Source: Phycisphaerae bacterium
Lineage (GTDB): Bacteria; Planctomycetota; Phycisphaerae; UBA1845; Fen-1342
Length of the DNA: 64,000 bases
Assembly (NCBI GenBank): GCA_050115495.1
Contig: JASFQK010000025.1
Span: 30,462 to 94,461 of the forward strand
Direction of reading: 5' to 3'
Made by a program: the position numbers and the translations under genes. Shown here in pieces: positions 1 through 9,700 of the stretch. Every line of letters starts with the position of its first letter. Position 1 is the stretch's first letter. Under the pieces are notes generated by a model that was given only the letters and a program-made list of their open reading frames with translations, was not told the DNA's origin and searched no databases.

Positions 1-189
1 CCGGAAACGCCGCCGTTCGTCAACATCGGCGACCACGTGACGGCGGAATCGGTCGTCTGCCTCGTCGAGGCCATGAAGGTGTTCAACGAGATCAAGGCGG
101 ACGTGGCGGGCCGGATCACCAAGGTGCTGGTGAAGAACGCCCAGGCTGTAGAGTTCGACCAGCCCCTGTTCGCCGTGGCCGCGAGCTGA
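1..189 (+). CDS. accB: Acetyl-CoA carboxylase biotin carboxyl carrier protein, C-terminal part (5'-truncated by window)
   Basis: Frame 1 reads [13 protein letters not shown]...[15 protein letters not shown]...VEFDQPLF*, with the EAMK biotinylation motif; lies directly upstream of accC. Confidence 0.95.
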   Translation, partial: PETPPFVNIGDHVTAESVVCLVEAMKVFNEIKADVAGRITKVLVKNAQAVEFDQPLFAVAAS

Positions 190-217
190 ACGGCGCAACG
201 CAACGGACGCGAGTCGT

Positions 218-1582
218 ATGTTCAGACGGATCCTGGTGGCCAATCGAGGCGAGATCGCCCTGCGGATCATCCGGGCGTGTCGCGACATGGGCATCGAGGC
301 GGTGGCGGTGTACAGCCGCGCCGACCGCGACGCCGCCTACCTGAAGCTGGCCCACGATGCGATCTGCATCGGGCCCGAATCGCCGGCGCAGTCGTACCTC
401 AACGCGGCCGCCGTGATTTCGGCCGCCGAGGTGGCCGACGTGCAGGCCATCCACCCGGGCTACGGTTTTCTGGCCGAGAACCCGACCTTCGCCCAGATGT
501 GCCGCGATTGCTCGATCGAGTTCATCGGCCCCAGTGCCGAGTCGATGCGCCTGCTGGGCAACAAGCTCGAAGCCCGCAAGCTGGCCCGCACGGCCCGTGT
601 GCCCTCCGTCCCCGGCAGCCAGGACCCCGTGGCCAACGAGGACGAGGCCGTGGCCATCGCCGAGAAGATCGGCTTCCCCGTCATGATCAAGGCGGCGGCC
701 GGCGGCGGCGGGCGTGGCATGCGGCCGGCGCACAACGAAGCGACGCTGCGCACCAGCTTCCGCAACGCCCGTACCGAGGCCGAGACTTCCTTCAAGGACG
801 GCAGCCTGTACATCGAGAAGCTGCTCGAACGGCCGCGCCACGTCGAGGTCCAGTTCATCGCTGACCGCAAGGGCAACTGCGTGCACCTGTGGGAGCGTGA
901 CTGCTCGCTCCAGCGGCGGCACCAGAAGCTGGTCGAGGAATCGCCCTCGCCGCACATCTCGGCCCGCACGCGGCAGAAGCTCTGTACCGCCGCCGTGCGT
1001 CTGGCGAAGACGGCCGGCTATTACTCCGCCGGCACGTGCGAGTTCCTGGTGGACGCTGACGAGAATTTCTACTTCATCGAGGTCAACGCCCGCGTGCAGG
1101 TCGAGCACCCGGTGACAGAGATGGTCACCGGCGTCGATATCGTGCAATGGCAGATCCGCATCGCCGCCGGCGAGCCGCTCAAGCTGCGGCAGGATGCCGT
1201 CCCGCAGAACGGAGCGGCGATCGAGTGCCGCATCAACGCCGAGTCGCCGGAGCACGACTTCCGCCCCTGCCCCGGACGGATCGAGGAGTTCATCCTCCCC
1301 GGCGGGCCCGGGGTGCGCGTCGACACGCACGCCTACGCCGGCTACGTCGTCGGCCCGCACTACGATTCACTGGTGGCGAAGCTCCTCGTGCACCGTCCGA
1401 CGCGGTCCGAGGCGATCACCGCCATGCGGCGGGCCCTCGAGGAGTTCACGATCAGGCCCCTGTCCACGACGATGCCGCTCCACCAGGCTGTGATGGAGCA
1501 CGCCGACTTCGTCAAGGGCAACGTCGACACGCAGTTCATTGAGCGCACCTTCGCCCCCGGCGCACGCGGCCTCTCCGGCTAG
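218..1582 (+). CDS. accC: Acetyl-CoA carboxylase biotin carboxylase subunit
   Basis: [57 protein letters not shown]. Confidence 0.97.
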   Translation: MFRRILVANRGEIALRIIRACRDMGIEAVAVYSRADRDAAYLKLAHDAICIGPESPAQSYLNAAAVISAAEVADVQAIHPGYGFLAENPTFAQMCRDCSIEFIGPSAESMRLLGNKLEARKLARTARVPSVPGSQDPVANEDEAVAIAEKIGFPVMIKAAAGGGGRGMRPAHNEATLRTSFRNARTEAETSFKDGSLYIEKLLERPRHVEVQFIADRKGNCVHLWERDCSLQRRHQKLVEESPSPHISARTRQKLCTAAVRLAKTAGYYSAGTCEFLVDADENFYFIEVNARVQVEHPVTEMVTGVDIVQWQIRIAAGEPLKLRQDAVPQNGAAIECRINAESPEHDFRPCPGRIEEFILPGGPGVRVDTHAYAGYVVGPHYDSLVAKLLVHRPTRSEAITAMRRALEEFTIRPLSTTMPLHQAVMEHADFVKGNVDTQFIERTFAPGARGLSG

Positions 1583-1720
1583 ACTCTCGGCGCGGCAGGT
1601 GCTCGGCGACGGAAGACAAGGAAGTACGCAGGCGGTAACCGACCGGCAATCGCGGTCGCGGGCTGCCGAACGGAATACGGCCACCCGCGCGATCGCGCGG
1701 GCCGTCGGAGGGCGTCGATC

Positions 1721-2923
1721 ATGAATATTCTGGTCACGTGTGAGCTGCCCGAGTTCGCCCTGGAGCAACTGCGCAGCCTCGGCTCCGTCGTCGACTACAA
1801 ACCGCAACTGCCCCCCGAGCAACTGCGCGACGCCATCCCCGGCATCAGCGTACTCGTCGTCGATTCGCGACGGGTCTCGCCGGAGACCATCGCCCGCGGC
1901 GACATGCTCCAGATGATCGTCCGGGCCGGGGCCGGTCCGGGCGACGTCGCCGTCGAGGAGGCATCCGCGCAGGGCGTCTTCGTCACCCACTGCCCGACAC
2001 AGCACGCCGTCGCCGTCGCCGAACTGACCTTCGGCCTGCTGCTGGCCCTCGATCGGCGGATCCTGGACATGACCGAGGCCACGCATGAAGGACGCTGGGT
2101 CCGCGGCAAGTTCAAGGATGCCCGCGGCCTCGCCGGCCGGACGCTCGGTGTCCTCGGGTACGGCGCGGCCGGGCGCGAAGTGGCCCGGCGGGCGACGGCT
2201 TTCGGCATGAAGGTGCTGGCCTGGTGCCCGACGCTGGCGGCTGAGGCCCCGCACGAGCCGGGTATCACGTTCTGCAACTGGCCACGCGAACTGGCCCGCC
2301 AGAGCGATTTCGTAACCGTTCACGTCCCCCCTGGGCCCGAGGAACGCATCGCCCTGGTCGACACCGAGTTCCTGGAGAGCATGCGACCGGGCGCCTGCCT
2401 GGTGCACGTGGGCCATCCAACCGCCGAAGAGGAGGCCGCCCTGGCCGACGCGGTGACCCGCCGGGGCCTGCGCGTCGCCCTGGACGCATACGGGGCGGCT
2501 CCGACGGCGGATTCGGCCCGGTACCGCTGCCCGCTGGCCGATCTGCCCGGGACGATCGTCACCCAGCACCAGGGCCCGCTGACGGAGCAGGCTCAGCACG
2601 CCATCGCGGCTGAGGTCGTCCGCATCGCGCGGTCGTTCATCGTTTCAGGGGACATCACGAATTGCCTGAACCTATTGGAGCGGAGCCCGGCGACATGGCA
2701 GCTCGTGCTGCGGGCCCGGGATGCGGTGGGCGTCATGGCCTCGATTCTGGAGGCGGTGCGTGCCGATGGCATCAACGTCGAGGAGATTTCCAGCCGCGTC
2801 TTCCTCGGAGCCCGGGCGGCCTGGTGCACGGTGGCCCTGGACGAACGTCCGAGTAATGAGGCCCTGGAAGCTATCCGCTCGCTCGACGAGGTGCTATACT
2901 TGGAACTTCGTGCCGTGGTCTGA
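1721..2923 (+). CDS. D-2-hydroxyacid/phosphoglycerate dehydrogenase-like protein with C-terminal ACT domain (catalytic motifs degenerate)
   Basis: RAGAG, AVAELTFGLLLALDR, GRTLGVLGYGAAG Rossmann motif, SDFVTVHVP; ACT-like C-terminus; GGAGG RBS. Confidence 0.85.
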   Translation: MNILVTCELPEFALEQLRSLGSVVDYKPQLPPEQLRDAIPGISVLVVDSRRVSPETIARGDMLQMIVRAGAGPGDVAVEEASAQGVFVTHCPTQHAVAVAELTFGLLLALDRRILDMTEATHEGRWVRGKFKDARGLAGRTLGVLGYGAAGREVARRATAFGMKVLAWCPTLAAEAPHEPGITFCNWPRELARQSDFVTVHVPPGPEERIALVDTEFLESMRPGACLVHVGHPTAEEEAALADAVTRRGLRVALDAYGAAPTADSARYRCPLADLPGTIVTQHQGPLTEQAQHAIAAEVVRIARSFIVSGDITNCLNLLERSPATWQLVLRARDAVGVMASILEAVRADGINVEEISSRVFLGARAAWCTVALDERPSNEALEAIRSLDEVLYLELRAVV

Positions 2924-3042
2924 GCGCGAAGCCGTGGCCGGTGTTCCAAACAGCGCAGGAAGTCGTGCGGAACCTGGGCCGGCGTGGCCGGTATAAGAGG
3001 GCGGAAATAGCCGGCGCCCGCGTCGGCCAGGGAGTATGTGTC

Positions 3043-4146
3043 GTGCGAGAGCCAGTCTCCGGTCGCAGCCGAGCATGGAATCTGCTGTTTCCGCTCATTC
3101 TGGCGGCGACGGCCGCCGCCCAGGAACCGGTCGGCGAGAGGGACGTCCAGCGCGAGCCGCTCTGTGCCGAGGTCGCGACGACCCACCACCTGCTTCCCAC
3201 CAACCAGCCCATTTGGATACGGTTTACCCTGCGCAATACATCCGATGAGCCCGTCCGCATTCCCCTGCCGGCGGGAGCGGCCACCAACGGCGGCATCGCC
3301 CTTCCCGCCGAAGTCGTCTTCGGCAGTGCGGACTCGCCGGCCCTGACCATCACGTACGAAGCCGAGCGTCCGGCCACCATCACGCCGCCGACGCCGGAAG
3401 AACCGGTCGGCGGAACCGACGTCCTCGTGCTGGCGCCGCGCGGCTCGATCGGCACCGAGATCGATCTGCGCGAGCACTTCCTCGGCTTGCGCTATGCTGG
3501 TCACTACCGGCTTGAATGGAGTCCGCTCGACGGACGGCTCGAGCCGGCGGTCGTGGAGTTCCGCGTCGAGCCCCGCAAGGAAGCCATCCTCGTCACCGAC
3601 AAGGGCAAGATCACCTTCACGCTCGCCTACGACACCGCCCCGCGCAACGTCGAGAACTTCCTCGACCTGGTTCGCGAGGGTTTCTACGACGGCAAGACGA
3701 TCCACCGCGTCATCCCCGGGTTCCTCTTCCAGGGTGGCTGCTCCAAGGGCGACGGCTCGGGCGTGCGGCCCGACGGCAAGCTGATCCCCGCCGAATTCAG
3801 CGACGCCCCGTTCGTGCTCGGTACGCTGGCGATGGCCCGCAAGCCGTCGGACCCGAACTCCGCGAGCTGCCAGTTCCTCGTGACGCTGGCCCGCGCGCCC
3901 GAGCTGGACGGCGAATACACCATCATCGGCCAGGCCACCGACGAAGAAAGCATGCGGACCCTGGCACAGATCGCCGCCGAACCGACTGATGGGAAATGGC
4001 GCCCGCGGCTTCCGCTCGTGATCCGCTCGATCAACCTGGTGGACGTGGATCAGTCCAGCGTCACCCACCTCGAGTTGAAGGGCAACAAACCCACGGCGCC
4101 CGCGACATCGACACCGGCGGCCGAGACCGAGCACGAAGAGCCCTGA
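3043..4146 (+). CDS. Exported cyclophilin-type peptidyl-prolyl cis-trans isomerase with N-terminal beta-sandwich-like domain
   Basis: APRNVENFLDLVREGFYDG..HRVIPGFLFQGG, GTLAMAR..PNSASCQF, LDGEYTIIGQ; signal peptide LLFPLILAATAAAQ; GTG start chosen after GGAG (start uncertain). Confidence 0.88.
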   Translation: MREPVSGRSRAWNLLFPLILAATAAAQEPVGERDVQREPLCAEVATTHHLLPTNQPIWIRFTLRNTSDEPVRIPLPAGAATNGGIALPAEVVFGSADSPALTITYEAERPATITPPTPEEPVGGTDVLVLAPRGSIGTEIDLREHFLGLRYAGHYRLEWSPLDGRLEPAVVEFRVEPRKEAILVTDKGKITFTLAYDTAPRNVENFLDLVREGFYDGKTIHRVIPGFLFQGGCSKGDGSGVRPDGKLIPAEFSDAPFVLGTLAMARKPSDPNSASCQFLVTLARAPELDGEYTIIGQATDEESMRTLAQIAAEPTDGKWRPRLPLVIRSINLVDVDQSSVTHLELKGNKPTAPATSTPAAETEHEEP

Positions 4147-4172
4147 GCTTAACCGGTCCGGCGCACTCCCCC

Positions 4173-4619
4173 CTACCGCCCGCCACCCCAGTCTCCGTAC
4201 AGGTATTCGTGCAGGTAGCGGATCGTCTGCTGGTGCTCGGCCTCGGTGACTTCGAGGATGTCGCCGATGGAGACGATGCCGTGCAGGCGTTCACCCTCGA
4301 CGACCGGCAGGTGCCGGATGCGTCGCTGGCGCATCACGGCGCGGCATTCGGCCCAGGTGGTGGCCGGCGTGCAGCAGGCGACCGGCGCGGTCATGACGTC
4401 GCGGACGTGAATGGACATCGGATCTCGCCGGGCGGCGACGACCCGGCAGAGGATGTCGCGCTCGGTGAAAATGCCCACGACCTTGTCGCCGGCGGTGACG
4501 ACCAGGCCGCCGATGCGGTGGTCGTTCATGAGGCTCGCGGCCTCGTGCACGGTGGCGTCAACGGACACACTGTGCACCCGCGTGCCCTTCTTCTCCAGAA
4601 TGTCACGAACGGTGGCCAT
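4173..4619 (-). CDS. Tandem CBS-domain protein
   Basis: MATVRDILEKKG, VVGIFTERDIL, VRDVMT, RIRHLPVVE, GIVSIGDI; AAGGGG RBS. Confidence 0.92.
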   Translation of the reverse strand: MATVRDILEKKGTRVHSVSVDATVHEAASLMNDHRIGGLVVTAGDKVVGIFTERDILCRVVAARRDPMSIHVRDVMTAPVACCTPATTWAECRAVMRQRRIRHLPVVEGERLHGIVSIGDILEVTEAEHQQTIRYLHEYLYGDWGGGR

Positions 4620-4707
4620 CGCTGTCCCCTTGTGGTGAAATCGCCGCATCGGCGGTGCGGCTCGGCCCGAAACTGACAGGGGAACCCGGCGGGCGCAGGC
4701 GGACGAC

Positions 4708-5577
4708 TCAGGGCGCTGCGGGCGATCCCGCGGCGGTATCCGCCGGCGTGGCGGCGGGTACGCCCGTCGCCATCCACCGGGCCTCGTTCTCCTGGATGAT
4801 AGGCGCGAGATAGCCGCGGACGAACGGCCGGTAGACCCAGCCCAGGTGGCCGCCGGCATTGCCGTATCGCCGCCAGAGCTCGGCGTTCCAGGCCACCTGC
4901 CGCAGCCGGCGGGCGTAAAGGGTCTTGCCGGCAGCGTCCAGACCCTCGGGCGGGCGGAAGCCCACCGCCCCGGCCGCGGGGCCCAGCTCCCGGTCGATCG
5001 TCCCGAACATGCTCGTGCCCGCCTTGAGCAGGAACACGTCGTTCGCCGAGTAGAAGTTGACCAGACGCGTGCGTACGTGCCGCAGGGCGCTGGTCAGGTC
5101 GTACTCCGGCGAGAGGGCCGGGGCCAACAACAGGGCCATCTCGACCTCGCGACCGGCGGGCAATGCTTCGAGCCCGAGCACCGTCACACCCCCACCGCCC
5201 GAATGGCCGATGATGTACACCGGCCGGCCCGGAAACTCGCGCTGGTAGTCGAGGATGCGCGTGGCCAGGCGGCTGCCTTCCCGGCGATTGCGTTCGAGGT
5301 CCATGAGGTTCTGCATGTAGCCCCCGGGCACGGTCGACGTCCAGTCCCACACCTCGACCGCCGACGCCACCCCGCCTTGCTCCAGGCCCAGGGCGACCTC
5401 GCGATCGGTGAAGCTCGGGCCGACAATGCCCGGCAGGACCAGCACCAGGCCGTACGCGTAACGCTGCGGTGCGGCCAGCCGCCGGGGCGGTTCGGCGCAG
5501 CCGGCGAGTGTCAGGCCGCCGATCAGCAGCAGCAGACCGCAACCCGGAGCACGGTGGTGCGTGAGCAGCCGCCTCAT
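4708..5577 (-). CDS. Alpha/beta-hydrolase fold lipoprotein
   Basis: Lipobox LAGC; VLVLPG oxyanion region; GHSGG nucleophile elbow; GGHLG candidate catalytic His. Confidence 0.8.
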   Translation of the reverse strand: MRRLLTHHRAPGCGLLLLIGGLTLAGCAEPPRRLAAPQRYAYGLVLVLPGIVGPSFTDREVALGLEQGGVASAVEVWDWTSTVPGGYMQNLMDLERNRREGSRLATRILDYQREFPGRPVYIIGHSGGGGVTVLGLEALPAGREVEMALLLAPALSPEYDLTSALRHVRTRLVNFYSANDVFLLKAGTSMFGTIDRELGPAAGAVGFRPPEGLDAAGKTLYARRLRQVAWNAELWRRYGNAGGHLGWVYRPFVRGYLAPIIQENEARWMATGVPAATPADTAAGSPAAP

Positions 5578-5592
5578 GTCAGCCCCTCGCCG

Positions 5593-6102
5593 TCAACCGC
5601 GTGACCAGGACGGTCCGTGCATCCCGTGCCGCTGCGCCAGGGGCACGATGAACGTGGCCAGTGCCGCCACCAGTGCTCCCGTCAGAGACAGCACCAACGC
5701 CGACACGAGCAGTCCGCCCAGACCGGCGCCGGTGGCATCGAGCACGTAGCGCAGGTGCAGACCAAGCAGTACCTGCCCCGGCAGCGCCGCCAGAAAGCAG
5801 ATCGCCAGTCGTATCCACCACAGCGTGCCGTTGACGCGCTCGCGCAGCACGGTCAGGAAATACGCGGTCAGCCCGAGCGCAAACGCGTGCGCCCCCAGCG
5901 GGCCCTCGGTCATCAGGTCGACACCGAAGCCGATGATCCAACCGGCCAGCCGCGCCTCGGCGAGCGGTGCGGCCAGCCCGTAGATCAGGGCCAGGGCGAG
6001 CAGCAGATCGACGCCGTACGGACTCGCCAGACCCAGCCAGTGCAGGCCGGTTTGCAGCACGAGCGATACCAGCAGCGCTGCCAGCAGTCCCAGCCAGGTC
6101 AT
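5593..6102 (-). CDS. mreD: Rod shape-determining protein MreD-like membrane protein
   Basis: 169 aa, multiple TM segments; VDLLL, GWIIGFGVDL..GPLGAHAFAL pattern typical of MreD. Confidence 0.75.
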   Translation of the reverse strand: MTWLGLLAALLVSLVLQTGLHWLGLASPYGVDLLLALALIYGLAAPLAEARLAGWIIGFGVDLMTEGPLGAHAFALGLTAYFLTVLRERVNGTLWWIRLAICFLAALPGQVLLGLHLRYVLDATGAGLGGLLVSALVLSLTGALVAALATFIVPLAQRHGMHGPSWSRG

Positions 6103-6716
6103 GGTGCCGGGCTCGCCGGCGGCGGCTCCGCGTTGGCCGGCTCATTCGGCTCCGCCGGCCGATAGCCGATGGGGACGGGCACACGGAAGCGACGCGGCGT
6201 ACCCTCGATCACCCGTTGGTCCAGCCGCTCATAGCCGAAGACGATCTCGACCTGCTTGCCGACGAGGTCGACGCCCGCCGGCCAGCGCAGGGGGAACCCG
6301 TACTGGTAGCCCAGCTTCCGCTCGTAGCGGACGCGCCACTGCATCGCGTCGTGCTCGTTCATTTCCCAGCCGTGGACGAAGTCGCGCGTGTAGCGTCCGT
6401 CCGAGCCGCGCTGCACCGTGTACAACCAGACGAGAACCTTCCCGGGGACGAACGCCCCGCGCTCGGTCGCCGCCGAGTGGAAGAAGACCGAGGACTTGAA
6501 GCCAATGACGATGCCGTCGTTGTCGCGCAGCCAGGGGTCGCGGGCGTAGAAGCAATAGACGGCGGTGATGTCGTCGTGCGTCTTGATGCGGTGCACGTCG
6601 ATCTCACCCATGCCCTGTCCGCCGCCGGACGGCGCGGTACAGGCCGACAACCCCAACAGGCAGGCGGCCGCGAGCGCGACCGCAACGCAGTTTCGGCAAG
6701 ACGTCAACGTGGGCAC
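6099..6716 (-). CDS. Hypothetical lipoprotein directly downstream of the secretin (pilotin candidate)
   Basis: Lipobox LSAC after a hydrophobic stretch; GGAGG RBS; 12 nt after the secretin stop; stop overlaps the mreD start (ATGA). Confidence 0.75.
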   Translation of the reverse strand: MPTLTSCRNCVAVALAAACLLGLSACTAPSGGGQGMGEIDVHRIKTHDDITAVYCFYARDPWLRDNDGIVIGFKSSVFFHSAATERGAFVPGKVLVWLYTVQRGSDGRYTRDFVHGWEMNEHDAMQWRVRYERKLGYQYGFPLRWPAGVDLVGKQVEIVFGYERLDQRVIEGTPRRFRVPVPIGYRPAEPNEPANAEPPPASPAP

Positions 6717-6728
6717 GGCGGCCTCCGG

Positions 6729-9700
6729 CTAGTCCTTGCTGGCAAACAGGCTCATCGGCACATCGTACGAGTTCGGGTCGTAACGCAGCCCCAGGTCCCG
6801 CGGCTCGAGCCGGACCGGCGGCAGCGGACCGTACTGCTCCTCTTCGGTGCCCTGATCGGTGGGCTCACCGCTGCGATAGGGCCCCAGCAATTCGCCGCCG
6901 TCGACCGGCATGAGCTCTTCCGGGCGAACGCGCAGGCCGCGCATCAGTGGATCGGTCTTCACCTTGTCCGGGATGATGCCGGCATGGTCGCGGGCCTCGA
7001 TGGAAAGCTCGCGGTAATCCTCGACGGTGCGCACCACGCGCGGCGTCAGGATGACCAGCAGCTCCGAGCGCTTGTGGTCGTCGGTCTGGAATCGGAACAG
7101 CGGCCCGAGCAGCGGCAGGTCGCCCACCAGGGGCACCTTCTGCTCGGTCTTCGACTCGCGCGTCTGGATCAGGCCACCGAGCACCACCGTCTCGTTGTCC
7201 TGCACGGTGACCACGGTCTCGGCGACGCGCTCGTTGAAGATGGGGGCGGTCAGGCCCTGGCCGACGGCGATCGTCGAATCGCTCAGGTCCGACACTTCCT
7301 GGCGGATCTCGAGGCGGACGTAGCCGTCGGGGTTAATCTGCGGCGTGACCTCGAGCTTGATACCGACGTCGGAGCGCTGCACCGAGGTCGAGATCTGCCC
7401 GCCGGTGGTGGTCTGCGTCCCGGTCACGTAGGGCACGCTGTCGGTGACGCTGATGCTGGCCGGCTGGTTGTCCATGGCCACGATGTGCGGGCGGCTGAGC
7501 ACGTTCAGGCTGTTCTCGCTCTGCAACGTGTGCAGCAGGAAGTTGAAGTCACGCCCGGTGATCGTGAAGGTGAACCCGCCGAGACCGGCCCCGGCGGCGC
7601 CCACGTCGGTCCCGCCGACGTAGTCGAACGTCGTCGTGTCGTCGAGCCCGGCTTTGACGTACTGGAGATCCTGGAAGGCGAACTCGACGCCCAGCTCGAG
7701 CGAGTTGCCCATGGACACCTCGACGATCAGCACCTCGATGCTGACCTGCGGCGGGCACTGGTCGAGCTCGCGCACCATGCGCAGGATCTCCTCCTCGCGC
7801 CGCGGGCTATAGCTGAGGATGATGCGGTTCGAGGCCTCGTAGGCGATCGCCCCGACCTCGCTCTCCTGCCGGACGGCCAGCGAGATGTCCTCGCCCAGCT
7901 CGTCCAGCCGCTGCTGCTCCTGGTCGCTCCAGTCCTTCACGGCGGTGGCCAGGTCGGCCGCCACCATGTTCCGCGGCGGATAGACGATCGTCTTGCGATC
8001 GACCATCGGCACCGTGTCCAGTTGCAGGATTAACTGCTCGACCAGGTCGAGATAGCCGGGCGTGCCGGCGGCGATCACCGAGTTCGTCCGCATGTCGGTG
8101 GTGAAGCTCACTTCTTCACGCCCACCGCCCGCTCCGCCGCCGAGCGTCAGCTCACGCTCCGATTCGTCGCTGCCGCTGCGGCTCCCGCCGGACTGGCCGG
8201 CCGTCCGCCGCTCGAACAGCTCGTTGAGCATGTTGACCGTTTCCTCGGCGTCGGCGTTCTTCAGGGCGAAGATGCGAATGCGGGCCGCGTCGGGCGGCAC
8301 GTCGATCACCGCCACCAGCGACTCCATCAGGGGCATGCTCTCCGGCGGCGCGATGATCACGAGCGAGTTCGTCCGCAGGTCACCGATGACGGTGACGTCG
8401 CCGCGCATGGCCTTCAGCGTCTCCAGGCCCTCGCCGGGATTCTCACGCTGGAAGAGCAGCATGACCTGCTTCTCGTTCGCCTGCGTCGAGCGGCCGCTGC
8501 TGCCGCCGCTGCTGCCACCCACCGAGCCGCCACGACCTTCGAGAATGTTGCTCAGCACGTCGCTGGCTGACTCGGCATCCGTCTGCTCCAGCTTGAAGAT
8601 CCGCACGATCGCCCCGGTGCCCGGATCGGTGTCGTCCAGACGCCGCGCGAAGTCGGCGATTTCGGCCACCAGGGCCGGCGGACCGAAGGCCACGACCGAA
8701 TTCGTCGAGGGATCCGACGTTACGGAGACGTCGACGTCGTTGTCGCCGACGTTTTTGAAGATGGTCTCCGCCGCCTTGGCGACGTCCTCCGCCGAACCAC
8801 GCCGCAGCGGCACGATCTTCATCATGCGGCCAAGCTCGTTGGGCCGATCCAGCAGATCGACCCAGCGGTCCAGGTTCACCATGTCCTCCGCCGACGCCGC
8901 CATCAACAGGCTTTCCGAGAGCGGATCGGAGGCGATGTGGATCGGCGTACCCTTGAGGTTCGAGTCCTGCTCCTTGAGCGCCGTGTCGACCAGGTCCTGG
9001 AGCAGCGTGGCGATGTTCGCCGCGCTGTTCAGCTTGATCGGCCGCACCTTCATGACCACCGTCGGGTCGAACTGCTGGTCGAGGTTGTCGATCAGCGCCT
9101 CGGCCTCGGCCAGGTAGTCACGCGTGCCGGTCAGGATCAGCGAATTGCTCCGCGCGTCGGCGATGACGCTGAGCACGTCCTTCGCCTCGGAAGACTGCTC
9201 CTTCTCGGCGTCCTTCTTGCGGTCGAAGAGCTCTTCGAGCAGCCCGGCGAGCTTCTGGGCGTCGGCGTGGCCCAGCCGCCGGTAGCGCGTCGCCACCACA
9301 CGGTACGGGTCCGGCGCGTCCAGCTCCATCGCCAGCTCCTCGATCATGTCGTACACGTCGCGGGTGGCGAAGACGACCAGCCGATTCGAGCGGTCGTCGG
9401 GGATGATCACGGCGTTGTCCCGTGACTCGTTCTTGCCACCCAGAGCCTGCGTGCGCTGCTCCAGCAGGTCGCTCAGCTTCTCCTGGAGCGACGTGGCCGG
9501 GATGTTCTTCAGCTCGATCACGTACGCCCGCATGCCCAGTTCCTGCGTGGGCTTGTCCAGTTCGGCGATCAGGCCGGCCGCCAGCAGCACCGCGTCCTGC
9601 CGCCCGATGACGATCACCGTGTTGCTGCGCACGTCGTGCTGCACCACCACGTTGTAGGGCAGACCCTTGCCAGTCACGCCCGGCGGCACCGGCGGCAACA

